Source: Geopsychrobacteraceae bacterium (GTDB taxonomy: Bacteria; Desulfobacterota; Desulfuromonadia; Desulfuromonadales; Geopsychrobacteraceae). From it: 64,000 nucleotides of DNA. Both the position numbers and the translations under genes were made by a program. The notes under the pieces were generated by a model. It was not told the DNA's origin and made no database searches. It saw nothing but the letters and a program-made list of their open reading frames with translations. Location: positions 3,936,001 to 4,000,000 of the forward strand of contig OY759353.1 in the NCBI GenBank assembly GCA_963662315.1, read 5' to 3'. Of this stretch, positions 51,092-59,763 are shown piece after piece. The stretch's first letter is position 1, and every line of letters begins with the position of its first letter.

Positions 51092-51934
51092 ATGTCCGAG
51101 GTTTTGAGTCGAGATCATTTTGAACTGCTCAGCCATTTTATTTACAACGAGCTGGGAATTAAACTACCGGACAGTAAACGGACAATGCTGAGCGGGCGCT
51201 TGAAAAAGCGGTTGCGCCATCTCCACCTGAATCATTTCAAGGACTATTGCGACTATCTCTTCAGCCCGCAAGGGCGGAAAGAGGAAATGCCTCATTTTGT
51301 CAATGTGGTCACCACCAACAAAACTGATTTTTTCAGGGAGCCAGCCCATTTCGATTACCTGCTGCAAAATGTGCTACCGGCGCTGCCGAAAGACTCGGCA
51401 GCGCCACTGCAAGTCTGGAGCGCCGGCTGCTCCAGCGGCGAAGAACCCTACACCCTGGCAATGGTTCTGGCTCAGGCTTTAAGCGAAGGCTCTGGCCGAC
51501 GGTTTCGAATTCTGGCTACGGATATATCCACTCGTGTTCTTGATACGGCCAAAAAAGCGATTTATCCAGTTGAAGATATTCATCCGGTTCCGGCCGGGTA
51601 CAAAAAACAATACCTGCTGAAGAGTCGTGACAAAAGCAAGGGCCTGGTACGGATCGTGCCTGAACTGCGGAAGCTTGTTTGTTTTGCCCAGCTGAATCTT
51701 ATGGCTGAAGACTATGGCCTGGGAGTCATGCTCGATATTATTTTTTGCAGGAATGTCATCATTTACTTTGATAAAGCGACCCAGCAAAAGCTTATGGTTA
51801 AATTCTGTCGCTGCCTGAAGCCCGGAGGATATCTGTTTTTGGGTCATTCCGAATCGTTGCATGGTTACGATCTGCCGCTGGTGCCGGTTGCTCCAACGGT
51901 CTATCGCAAGATCAGCGTGGACTCTTTTCAGTGA
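51092..51934 (+). CDS. cheR: chemotaxis methyltransferase
   Basis: TTNKTDFFRE, WSAGCSSGEEPY, IFCRNV.IYF. Confidence 0.96.
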   Translation: MSEVLSRDHFELLSHFIYNELGIKLPDSKRTMLSGRLKKRLRHLHLNHFKDYCDYLFSPQGRKEEMPHFVNVVTTNKTDFFREPAHFDYLLQNVLPALPKDSAAPLQVWSAGCSSGEEPYTLAMVLAQALSEGSGRRFRILATDISTRVLDTAKKAIYPVEDIHPVPAGYKKQYLLKSRDKSKGLVRIVPELRKLVCFAQLNLMAEDYGLGVMLDIIFCRNVIIYFDKATQQKLMVKFCRCLKPGGYLFLGHSESLHGYDLPLVPVAPTVYRKISVDSFQ

Positions 51935-52380
51935 GCGGCCGGATCAATCTCAATCCTGAAGAGATCGTGATCGCGGAAGTCCCCGCCGTGGTATCCACGG
52001 TGCTCGGGTCCTGTCTGGCGGTGGTCTTTTTTTGTTGCCGTCTGCGGATCGGGGCTATTTGCCATGCTACCTTGCCGCACGGCAGTAGCCGTTTCGACGG
52101 CAAGTACGTCAATCAGGCGATCGCCTATATGGTTCATTATTTTGAAGGGTTGAAGATTCGCCCAGCGGAATTAACGGTTAAAGTTTTCGGAGGCGCAGAG
52201 ATGTTTGGCGTTACGGATGGGGTCGGAATGAGAAATCAGCAAGCCGCCTTAGAGGCACTGAGACAGCTCGGCCTGACCCCGTCAGTGGTGGATGTCGGAG
52301 GCAACAGAGGGCGGCGATTGGTTTTTTTCTCAGAAACCGGCGACGTTTATCGTAAATGGGTGAAGAGGACAATGCGTTGA
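51931..52380 (+). CDS. cheD: chemoreceptor glutamine deamidase
   Basis: TVLGSC, ICH..LP, KVFGGA, DVGG..GR. Confidence 0.92.
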   Translation: MSGRINLNPEEIVIAEVPAVVSTVLGSCLAVVFFCCRLRIGAICHATLPHGSSRFDGKYVNQAIAYMVHYFEGLKIRPAELTVKVFGGAEMFGVTDGVGMRNQQAALEALRQLGLTPSVVDVGGNRGRRLVFFSETGDVYRKWVKRTMR

Positions 52381-53447
52381 AAGAGAAAATTAAGGTTCTG
52401 ATTGTCGATGATTCGGCCAGTGTCCGCCAGGCCATGTCCGAGATTCTGTCTGGCGATCCTGACATTGAAGTCGTAGGAACTGCGAATGATCCTTTTGCAG
52501 CTGCCAACCGCTTGAAAACCGTGATTCCTGACGTCATCACCCTTGATGTCGAGATGCCGCGCATGGATGGTCTGACTTTTTTGCAAAAGATTATGAGCCA
52601 ACATCCGATTCCGGTGGTCATGTGCTCCAGTCTGGCAGAAAGCGGCTCGGACATTGCCCTGCGGGCTCTTGAGTACGGTGCCGTCGATATTATCACCAAA
52701 CCCAAACTCGGGACCCGGCAATTTTTGGAAGAATCCCGTGTACGGATCTGTGACGCGGTCAAGGCGGCCTCCCAAGCCCGTCTCCAACCGATGATCACAC
52801 CCACTTTGAAGGTCGCTCCCAAGCTGACGGCAGATGTAGTGCTGGCCAAACAGAGCAGTATTCACCAACGGTTGATCCAAACAACAGAAAAAGTCGTTGT
52901 GGTTGGTGCGTCCACCGGCGGGACCGAAGCGCTTCGGGTTTTTCTCGAAGCCTTTCCCGCCGATGCGCCAGGAATCGTGATCGTCCAGCATATGCCGGAG
53001 CATTTTACCTCGACCTTCGCCGAACGGTTGAACGGCTTGTGCCGTCTGGCTGTCAAAGAGGCCGAACATAACGATACCGTCGTGCGTGGCAGGGCTCTTA
53101 TTGCGCCAGGAAATCGGCATCTGTTATTGAAAAGAAGCGGTACTCGTTACTATGTTGAAATCAAGGACGGCCCTCTGGTTGCGCGCCATCGTCCGTCTGT
53201 CGATGTTTTATTTCGCAGTGCGGCCCGCTACGGAGGCAAAAATTGCATTGGAATCATTATGACCGGCATGGGCGATGACGGGGCGCAGGGATTGCTTGAA
53301 ATGAAAGAAGCCGGGGCTTTCACCCTGGCTCAGGATGAAGCGACATCGGTGGTGTACGGGATGCCAAAAGAAGCAGTCGCACGAGGGGCGGTGGCCAAAA
53401 TCGTTCCTTTGCCCCACCTTGCTATGGAAGTTCTGAAATTAGATTAG
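52377..53447 (+). CDS. cheB: chemotaxis methylesterase
   Basis: REC domain plus GASTGG, QHMP, HRPSVD, TGMGDDG, YGMP. Confidence 0.96.
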   Translation: MKEKIKVLIVDDSASVRQAMSEILSGDPDIEVVGTANDPFAAANRLKTVIPDVITLDVEMPRMDGLTFLQKIMSQHPIPVVMCSSLAESGSDIALRALEYGAVDIITKPKLGTRQFLEESRVRICDAVKAASQARLQPMITPTLKVAPKLTADVVLAKQSSIHQRLIQTTEKVVVVGASTGGTEALRVFLEAFPADAPGIVIVQHMPEHFTSTFAERLNGLCRLAVKEAEHNDTVVRGRALIAPGNRHLLLKRSGTRYYVEIKDGPLVARHRPSVDVLFRSAARYGGKNCIGIIMTGMGDDGAQGLLEMKEAGAFTLAQDEATSVVYGMPKEAVARGAVAKIVPLPHLAMEVLKLD

Positions 53448-53448
53448 T

Positions 53449-53579
53449 TTCCGTTCAAGAGCTGTGGGTAAAGTGACATGATCCGGCTATGGCCCGGTAG
53501 TTTCATCGAACCGCTTGGGTCGCGACCCGCATGCCGGGTGGTGTGGGGGCTGGGGGAGCCAAACCCCCGGCTACCCGAT
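53449..53579 (+). mobile_element. group IIC intron 3' remnant (end of RT ORF, domains V-VI)
   Basis: gaaccgc...gacccgcatgccgggtggtgtggggg (DV), ctacccgat end; near-identical to 58030-58158. Confidence 0.85.
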
Positions 53580-53983
53580 TATACCTTTTTTTTGTGATCC
53601 GACTCGGCTAACCAAGAAAAGAATTTTTTGTCCTTTTCAGAAATTTTTCCATCCGCTTGCCAGGTCTCAATGTCAGATTTTTTGAACGACGGTTCTGAAA
53701 AATGAATTTGGCGAATACTTTCTTTATATACCTCTTGGCCAAAAGCGTCAGATTTGGATAAGAGTTCTATTACTTCTGGATCTATTGATTCTTTATACTT
53801 CTTTTTATAGGCCTCAATCGCAACCTGAAGGGTTCCATTGGAGTTGTTTGCTCGCTGGAAATTGAACCAATTATTCGCGCGAACGACTTTTTGAAACTGC
53901 GCCTTTTGGCGGTTTTGCAGATAGCCAACGATTAACCCAACTAAACCGAACGCGATGCTCAAATAAGTACCAATTTCTTCCAT
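53579..53983 (-). CDS. gene-cassette hypothetical protein (one N-terminal TM)
   Basis: AT-rich 134-aa ORF with GGAGG RBS; starts after an R'-like (T/G)TTATAC and ends in R'' GTATAA[C]. Confidence 0.8.
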   Translation of the reverse strand: MEEIGTYLSIAFGLVGLIVGYLQNRQKAQFQKVVRANNWFNFQRANNSNGTLQVAIEAYKKKYKESIDPEVIELLSKSDAFGQEVYKESIRQIHFSEPSFKKSDIETWQADGKISEKDKKFFSWLAESDHKKKV

Positions 53984-53994
53984 TCAACCTCCGT

Positions 53995-54097
53995 GTATAA
54001 AGGTTATGCTTAACCTGCGGCAACGCTAAGTTGCGTGCTCCACCGAAGTAATTGATAAGCTGCGCAGCTATTTGCCGGCAGGTTGATGCGATGGTGT
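53995..54097 (-). other. attC site; its R'' box is displaced to 58159-58164 by the intron insertion
   Basis: Stem gc..aacctgcggcaa / ttgccggcaggttgatgc; joining ...GATGGT to TAGAGC rebuilds GTTAGAG. Confidence 0.75.
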
Positions 54098-54272
54098 GTA
54101 CGCCCGACACGGGCGTGATCTTATGGGGTGAAAGTCCCCTGTACGTAGAATCCTAGCATCACATGAGTGTGATGTCATTAAAGTACTAGCCGACGGCAAG
54201 GGCGTCTCCGTGAGGAGAGGTCTGGAGGAAGCCCGAGTGCAAAGCTGTGAGCCGACGAACAGAAACAGGATA
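54098..54272 (+). mobile_element. group IIC-attC intron 5' portion (domain I)
   Basis: GTACGCCCGACACGGGCG (cf. GUGCG start), ggggtgaaagtcccc, cggcaagggcgtc.ccgtgagg...ctggaggaagcccgag.gcaaa; start ambiguous by 2 nt. Confidence 0.8.
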
Positions 54273-54286
54273 TAAATGAAACAAGC

Positions 54287-54848
54287 AAGGTCGCGGTGTT
54301 GCGCCCCGCACGACGCCTTACTATTTGTCCCAGGCGGGCGACAAATAGTAAGCACAAAACGCCCTTCTTTAAAGGGTCCGTACTCGGGCTTCGTCTCTCA
54401 AAAGGAACAGCCAGCATCTAACCAGCCGGCCAACGGCGCAATACGCGCCTGATGGCCAGAACCGCAAAAATGCCGCTGGCATTTTCCTGCATTCACTCTA
54501 ATTCGATTCTGCCCATGGATGCGACAGCATCGTTGGGCGGTCTGTTCACTGCTGATTGCAACAATGAAACGTAGACCGAATCTATTCTCGTCAGTGTGTT
54601 TGACCTTAAAAGATTTTTTTGATTCGTTTTTTCATCGCTGGAAAAAATGAATCCGGCTGCCGGGCCGGGACCCGGCGGTGTGGTCTTCTATGATTGAAAT
54701 AAAACAAGCAAGGTCGCGGGATTGCACCCCGCACGACGCCTTACTATTTGTCCAGGCGGATGACAAATAGTAAGCACAAAACGCTTTTCTTTAAAGGGTC
54801 CGTCCTCGGGCTTCGGTTCTCCAAAGGAACATCCAGCATCTAACCGGC
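54287..54848. repeat. tandem structured repeat, one full unit plus a partial unit (period 423 bp)
   Basis: Units start aaggtcgcgg at 54287 and 54710; multiple hairpins including the perfect 13-bp stem cttactatttgtc/gacaaatagtaag. Confidence 0.9.
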
Positions 54849-54941
54849 TGGTCGACGGCTGGATTCGTCGGCGAGTGCGGCTGTGCTACTGGAAACAATG
54901 GCGCTGGTGCCGGACTAAGGTTCGGAAGCTGCTAGCTCTTG
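54849..54941 (+). pseudogene. group II intron RT/maturase fragment
   Basis: VDGWIRRRVRLCYWKQWRWCRTKVRKLLALG (maturase domain X). Confidence 0.8.
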
Positions 54942-55714
54942 GGAAAGGAAAAGGGGACAGGCTACTTTTTCATCTTCGGAAAGGAAAAGGGGACAGGCTA
55001 CTTTTTCATCTTCTTTGGTCTCCCTTTTGCTCTTATTGTCGATTCAAGTCCAAATTTCTCGCACATCTTCTGCCGCCATTCCGTGCTTCCGAACGGGGCC
55101 TGTCGGGTTATGCTCTCAGCAAACGTCTGCTGTTCCTTTTCCGACATCTCCGCATTAACGAATTCCTCCCAGTTTCCCGCGAAAGGCAGCGGCAATTCAG
55201 AGACGATTCTCTTGTCCGTCTCTCCCATTCTTTCAGCATGGGATGACCATGCCCATTCTATTGCACGACTGACCATCCCAGCAGTGACGGGATTTCGTTC
55301 AACATATCGAGTAACGGCCTGCAAATGCTTATCATTCTGAACCAGAAAGCTTTTATACCGCCCCTGCCAGATATGGCCACTACTGTTGTGATGTCGATGA
55401 TATCTTCTTACGTGGCTGGTCATCAGCCACTGCATAGCCCGACTCAGGTCGTCACCGTTCTCAGGGCACAGCAGCAGGTGAAAATGATTCGTCATCAAAC
55501 ACCAAGCGTAAATTTTAATAGAATATCGCTCTTTTGCTTCCACCAATAAATTCAAAAATGCTTGGAAGTCCCCATCCTTATGAAAAACATTCTGACGACC
55601 GTTGCCCCGGTTTAACACATGGTAACAATGACCATCAGCAAGCCCCCTCGCTAATCGTGGCATTCAATTCCCTTTCTTCATATTTATATAAAGTAGCCTG
55701 TCCCCTTTTCCTTT
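54942..55714 (-). mobile_element. RAYT element with 25-bp inverted repeats; left repeat in a 36-bp tandem duplication
   Basis: AAAGGAAAAGGGGACAGGCTACTTT at 54944 and 54980; exact reverse complement at 55690-55714. Confidence 0.85.
54998..55663 (-). CDS. REP-associated tyrosine transposase (HUH Y1)
   Basis: MPRLAR, YHVLNRGN, CLMTNHFHLL (HUH), GHIWQGRYKS, YVERNPV.AG, W.WSS, GRPKK. Confidence 0.92.
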   Translation of the reverse strand: MPRLARGLADGHCYHVLNRGNGRQNVFHKDGDFQAFLNLLVEAKERYSIKIYAWCLMTNHFHLLLCPENGDDLSRAMQWLMTSHVRRYHRHHNSSGHIWQGRYKSFLVQNDKHLQAVTRYVERNPVTAGMVSRAIEWAWSSHAERMGETDKRIVSELPLPFAGNWEEFVNAEMSEKEQQTFAESITRQAPFGSTEWRQKMCEKFGLESTIRAKGRPKKMKK

Positions 55715-55903
55715 TTCGGCGGTGTTGAAGTAATTTTCAGCAGATGGATTTTGCACATCCATACCGAGTCAAAAAGAACGCCCTTAAAACTCCTGCTAAA
55801 TATCTTGACTCAAGCTAAAAAAACGCTATCCTCTCCTCTCATTAAAACTTTCCAGATAGTTATTTCTTATAGCAACTTATTTTATCCTTGAGGGGGGATA
55901 CCG

Positions 55904-56920
55904 ATGAGACTTGTTGCTGCCAGAGATATTACGGTTGCTGACCTGCCGTATATTTCCAATCCGTTTTTCGCTAAAAACGATGTCCGTGACGCCTATTGTG
56001 GCGGTTTTACCAGCATTCATAATCTAAACGAATTCGTTCCTGTCCAGTGGCGCAATTATCAACAGGGGCTTGATGAGCTGCTAAAAAAAATTGACAAGAT
56101 GGAAGTCTGTCTCGTCTACTCTATGAAGCTCCCCTTCTTGGGGGTCGTCTACTGGCAGCAGGACCCTGACTACCCGAACAATCCCCAAAAAGGCCGCTGG
56201 GTCGCCAGCCTGTCAGGAATAAACCAATATGAAAACCTGCAGGGAATAGTCTCATCTGCTTACAGTAAAAACATGGTCCCACAAACCCATAGCCAGCAGA
56301 GAACTTTATCAAGTAATGTTGTCAAAGCTGTGGACAATCAGGGTCTGAAAACTGCTGAGAAACATGAAATAAAACAGGCCAAGCAGGATAAGAAAGCCGA
56401 TGAGACGTCGAACAAATTCAGCTATAAACATAACCCACTTGAAAATCCAAAAGCGACAAAACACATCATTGAAAATGAAAAAGCAGTATACGGATTCTCA
56501 CCAAATCCGTCATCGGATCGGATAGGCGGCTTTGCAAATAAAATCGACTGGGCTAATCCAGAGCAGGTAGCTAAAGCAAAAGCGAGAAGAGAAACATATC
56601 ATTCAAAAAATGATAATATTTACAAAAAAATTGAAGAATTACACAATCAAGGAGCTTCGACCGAAGAGGTCGCAAGGGAAGCTTCCAAAATAAGAAATCA
56701 AAATCGCCTTGATGATTATATTAATGACCCCGTAGGTTTAGCAACAGTCCACGAGAGCAATTTAAGAAATTACAATAATACAAATGGACCTTCTCCTGAA
56801 TATTTATACGAAAAATACGGTTCGTGGGAAGTTGTTTTAGAAAAAACTACTAATGCAAATCCTGGTATGGATGCATGCTGTGGCTTATACGATAAATATT
56901 ATAATTCCTACAATATTTAA
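55904..56920 (+). CDS. putative polymorphic toxin (unknown N-terminal domain, AT-rich C-terminal domain)
   Basis: 338 aa; strong RBS; low-complexity linker and a visible drop in GC at about 56300; followed by a small acidic ORF. Confidence 0.55.
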   Translation: MRLVAARDITVADLPYISNPFFAKNDVRDAYCGGFTSIHNLNEFVPVQWRNYQQGLDELLKKIDKMEVCLVYSMKLPFLGVVYWQQDPDYPNNPQKGRWVASLSGINQYENLQGIVSSAYSKNMVPQTHSQQRTLSSNVVKAVDNQGLKTAEKHEIKQAKQDKKADETSNKFSYKHNPLENPKATKHIIENEKAVYGFSPNPSSDRIGGFANKIDWANPEQVAKAKARRETYHSKNDNIYKKIEELHNQGASTEEVAREASKIRNQNRLDDYINDPVGLATVHESNLRNYNNTNGPSPEYLYEKYGSWEVVLEKTTNANPGMDACCGLYDKYYNSYNI

Positions 56921-56949
56921 TAACAAATTTCAAAATATGGATATAAATT

Positions 56950-57207
56950 ATGAACAATAAACCTATAAATATCGAATATCACGTTTTGAAGAATAATGAT
57001 TTTATACTAAATATATTAGTAGATAATGCTAACGAAGATTTATCATTTTGTTTATGTGAGTTTGAAAATGAAATGGAATATTTAGGTTTTAAAACAAAAT
57101 TTACAAAGACTGAGGGAAAAGAGGGTTTTATTTTTGATAAAGATGTGGACAGAGATGCATTAGAAAGAGAAATTAGGCGTTTTGCAACTCATTATGATAT
57201 TGCATAA
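56950..57207 (+). CDS. putative immunity protein
   Basis: 85-aa acidic/aromatic, very AT-rich ORF directly after the toxin candidate. Confidence 0.5.
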   Translation: MNNKPINIEYHVLKNNDFILNILVDNANEDLSFCLCEFENEMEYLGFKTKFTKTEGKEGFIFDKDVDRDALEREIRRFATHYDIA

Positions 57208-57311
57208 CCCGGTGATGAGCAAGCTCATCAAATGACCAGAATCGAATAGTGAATTATTGGGCTGACAGTGTTCCCACCCTGACTACGCCAAACCATGTGC
57301 AGTGCCACTTC

Positions 57312-57702
57312 AATTCGGTTCTGCCCATGGATGCGACAGCATCGTTGGGCGGTCTGTTAAATGCGGGTAGCAACGATTAAGCGTAGACAGAATCAATTCT
57401 CGTCAGTGTGTTTGACCTTCAAAGATTTTTTTGATTCGTTTTTTCATCGCTGGAAAAAATGAATCCGGCTGCCGGGCCGGGACCCGGCGGTGTTGTTTTT
57501 TATGATTAAAATAAAACAGCAAGGTCGCGGGATTGCGCCCCGTACGACGCCTTACTATTTGTCCCAAGCGGGCGACAAATAGTAAGCACAAAACGCCCTT
57601 TTTTAAAGGGTCCGGATTCGGGCTTCGTCTCTCCAAAGGAACCTTCAGCATCTAACCGGCCGGCCTACGGCGCAATGCGCGCCTAATGGCCAGAATCGCA
57701 AA
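57312..57702. repeat. structured repeat: right half of one unit plus left half of the next
   Basis: Closely similar to 54500-54848 and 54287-54468; next unit starts at 57521. Confidence 0.9.
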
Positions 57703-58158
57703 ACGGACGCAGCTGGTTCGTTGCCATGGACTATCGTCTCGCCAAGCTGTCCACCTATCTCCAGGGCTGGATGGGATACTTCGGCATCGCCGAGGTTTAC
57801 CACGATATCCCGGAGGTCGACGGTTGGATTCGTCGGCGAGTGCGGCTGTGCTACTGGAAACAATGGCGCAGGTGCCGAACCTAGGTTCGGAAGCTGCTTG
57901 CTTTTTGAACCGAACGGTTTACCGCCATTCGGGCCGGTCTGAACCGCAACGGTCTGTGGGCCATGTCCCGCAGACTGGCGGCCCATTCCGGCATGACCAA
58001 CCAATGGCTGAAGGATCAAGGTTTAGTTTCTGTCAAAGACCTGTGGGTGAAGCGGCATTACCCGGCTACGGCCCGGTAGTTTCATCGAAGCGCTTGGGTA
58101 GCGACCCGCATGCCGGGTGGTGTGGGGGCTGGGGGAGCAAAACCCCCGGCTACCCGAT
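57703..58158 (+). mobile_element. group IIC intron 3' portion: decayed maturase C-terminus plus domains V-VI
   Basis: GRSWFVAMDYRLAKLSTYLQGWMGYFG...WIRRRVRLCYWKQW..*..*..GMTNQWLKDQGLVSVKDLW; DV/DVI; ends CCCGAT before TAGAGC. Confidence 0.88.
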
Positions 58159-58167
58159 TAGAGCATT

Positions 58168-58470
58168 TTTTAATAAGCTAAGGCAGAGGGGGAAAGACCA
58201 TCCCCGTATCCAGACACCAGCAGTGTAGCCAAAGTTAAGAAAACCGCTATGGTTTGTTTGATTCTTACTTTGATGCTAATGTGCTTGACGTCAGATTTTG
58301 TAGTTACAGTGCAATGTTTTTTCATATCAGCCTCCTTACTTTCGCAGACCATGATCTGCTCAGATGATGAAATTGAATAGCTGTAGTCAAATTCAATGGC
58401 TGTGACTGCTGACGCCTGGACCTGCAGACTTGAACTGCTGCCCCTGCCCATCTGCCTTAACTTATTAAAA
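58168..58470. repeat. 303-bp segment bounded by ~20-bp inverted repeats
   Basis: ttttaataagctaaggcaga (58168) / tctgccttaacttattaaaa (ending 58470), one mismatch. Confidence 0.75.
58170..58325 (-). CDS. small basic/hydrophobic peptide (51 aa)
   Basis: AAGGAGG RBS then MKKH...IKQTIAVFLTLATLLVSG. Confidence 0.4.
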   Translation of the reverse strand: MKKHCTVTTKSDVKHISIKVRIKQTIAVFLTLATLLVSGYGDGLSPSALAY

Positions 58471-58494
58471 TTTCGCTGACATTGTTACTAACCG

Positions 58495-59106
58495 TTATTC
58501 AAGTAGCAGTTTCCTAGCATACCTTACAAACGCTTCATATTTAGGAACAAACTCAGAGGCTTTTTCATTTAAAAAACGTGCGTCATCAACGACGCTTTGC
58601 GGTCTCGGCCCGCCTTCTGTCCTTTGATTGTCTGAGTATACCGAAGCTAGGTCATTCCCCCTTACGGGGACTGTCCTTCTATTTATTTCTGTTGCGAGGG
58701 TGAGAGCTTCTGCGTAAAGGTTATTTTTCATTTTTTCTAATTTTTTATTTAAAAACTCTTTTTCTACAGAATCCCAAGTTGCAACAAAGTTTTGTAGCGG
58801 ACTAATTGTTGAACGACCAAATGAACCACCGAAATCATGCTCTTTGAGGACTCGTATTGTTGGTTCAAAGGGAAGCGCTGACTGGAATTCTTCAAAAAGA
58901 TTTTTATCGTGTATGTTATTATTGTCAGCATTGCTGCTAAAAAATTTTTCCTTTATAGGATCTTTGAAAAAGACAGTTCCTAATGCCGCAATAAACGCAA
59001 TGGCTGGTTCGAAGTCTGGCCTCCCATGAAAAAATCCATGAAGAAACCAAGCTTCAGCCAAAATAAGAATCGCGATAACAATGGTATTTTCAAACGTCAA
59101 TTTCAT
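58495..59106 (-). CDS. gene-cassette hypothetical protein (two N-terminal TM)
   Basis: ATG 8 bp after R' GTTAGAG; AT-rich. Confidence 0.8.
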   Translation of the reverse strand: MKLTFENTIVIAILILAEAWFLHGFFHGRPDFEPAIAFIAALGTVFFKDPIKEKFFSSNADNNNIHDKNLFEEFQSALPFEPTIRVLKEHDFGGSFGRSTISPLQNFVATWDSVEKEFLNKKLEKMKNNLYAEALTLATEINRRTVPVRGNDLASVYSDNQRTEGGPRPQSVVDDARFLNEKASEFVPKYEAFVRYARKLLLE

Positions 59107-59114
59107 AATTGTTG

Positions 59115-59305
59115 CTCTAACTAGTTGAGCTAAGCGGCGGCGATAGAAAGTTTCAACTAGCACCGACTTTAGCGTATTTGTAGATTATTACAGCCGTCCG
59201 TTTGAGCGGTTCTGCATAACCGGTGGCGGTCATGCGTTTCGATTTAGTAGATCTCTTGCGTATCTCCCCTAGCCCTGTTCCATCCGGTTAATGCGATTGT
59301 TAAGT
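59115..59305 (-). other. double (fused) attC site
   Basis: ACTTAAC-AATCG-CATTAACCGGATGG...CCACCGGTTATGC joined to CGCTCAAACGGACGGC...GCCGCCGCTTAGC-TCAACTA-GTTAGAG. Confidence 0.7.
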
Positions 59306-59744
59306 TATTCTCTTAGGTTACATTGCAAAAGAATTTCTTTAACGTCTTCTTTTGGAAATATTCTTCTGTAAAAAAGAATGGTGTCTCCACTTTTTGAGTG
59401 AATAACTTGTTGACCTAAAAGTTTTTCAAAAATATTCCGCCTGTCTGATTTATTGGTATCAATGTCAGATATCCGAAAGCCAGTTCGTTTTTTGGAAAAC
59501 AATTTAACGCCAGTAATAGCGTGGTTAGATACCGTAAGACTTCTGAATGTTTTTAATCCTTTTACCGATAAAATCATTCCAAAAATGGAAACAATAGCAC
59601 CGAAAAGAGATGTTACGAAAATTTCTCCATTGTTCGTAATAATATCAAGTCCTAAAAACAGAGGCAGACCAAAACAAATGAAGACTATAAAGGAAAGGAT
59701 AATTTCCTTAATATTAATAGCGATGATGGCCTATAGATTTTCAT
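59305..59744 (-). pseudogene. cassette membrane protein gene with an early frameshift
   Basis: ATG 59744 frame (MKIYRPSSLL..) stops early; the hydrophobic frame IILSFIVFICFGLP...MILSVKG runs to TAA 59305. Confidence 0.55.
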
Positions 59745-59763
59745 ATCTGTAACGGATCTATGA

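Noticed and set aside
54178..54417. Paralogous small ORFs (also 57403-57651 and 54068-54355) with ...DPLKKGVLCLLFVARLGQIVRRR
   Set aside because: They are translations of the non-coding structured repeat; frames are not preserved between copies
54942..55013. 36-bp direct repeat x2 as a CRISPR array
   Set aside because: The copies are contiguous with no spacer, there are no cas genes, and the repeat is explained as a duplicated RAYT terminal repeat
57202..57230. GCATAAC at the immunity gene stop as an attC start
   Set aside because: No L boxes or closing GTTRRRY stem were seen, and the orientation is opposite to all other cassettes
57686..58228. 180-aa ORF in the intron 3' region
   Set aside because: Off-frame reading; the meaningful frame is the maturase with two internal stops
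58478..58500. GAATAAC at the stop of the 58495-59106 gene as that cassette's attC
   Set aside because: No attC stem follows and it is not complementary to the cassette's R'; the matching R'' is at 58159-58164
59453..59752. 99-aa plus-strand ORF
   Set aside because: Antisense to the frameshifted cassette gene, which fits the attC orientation
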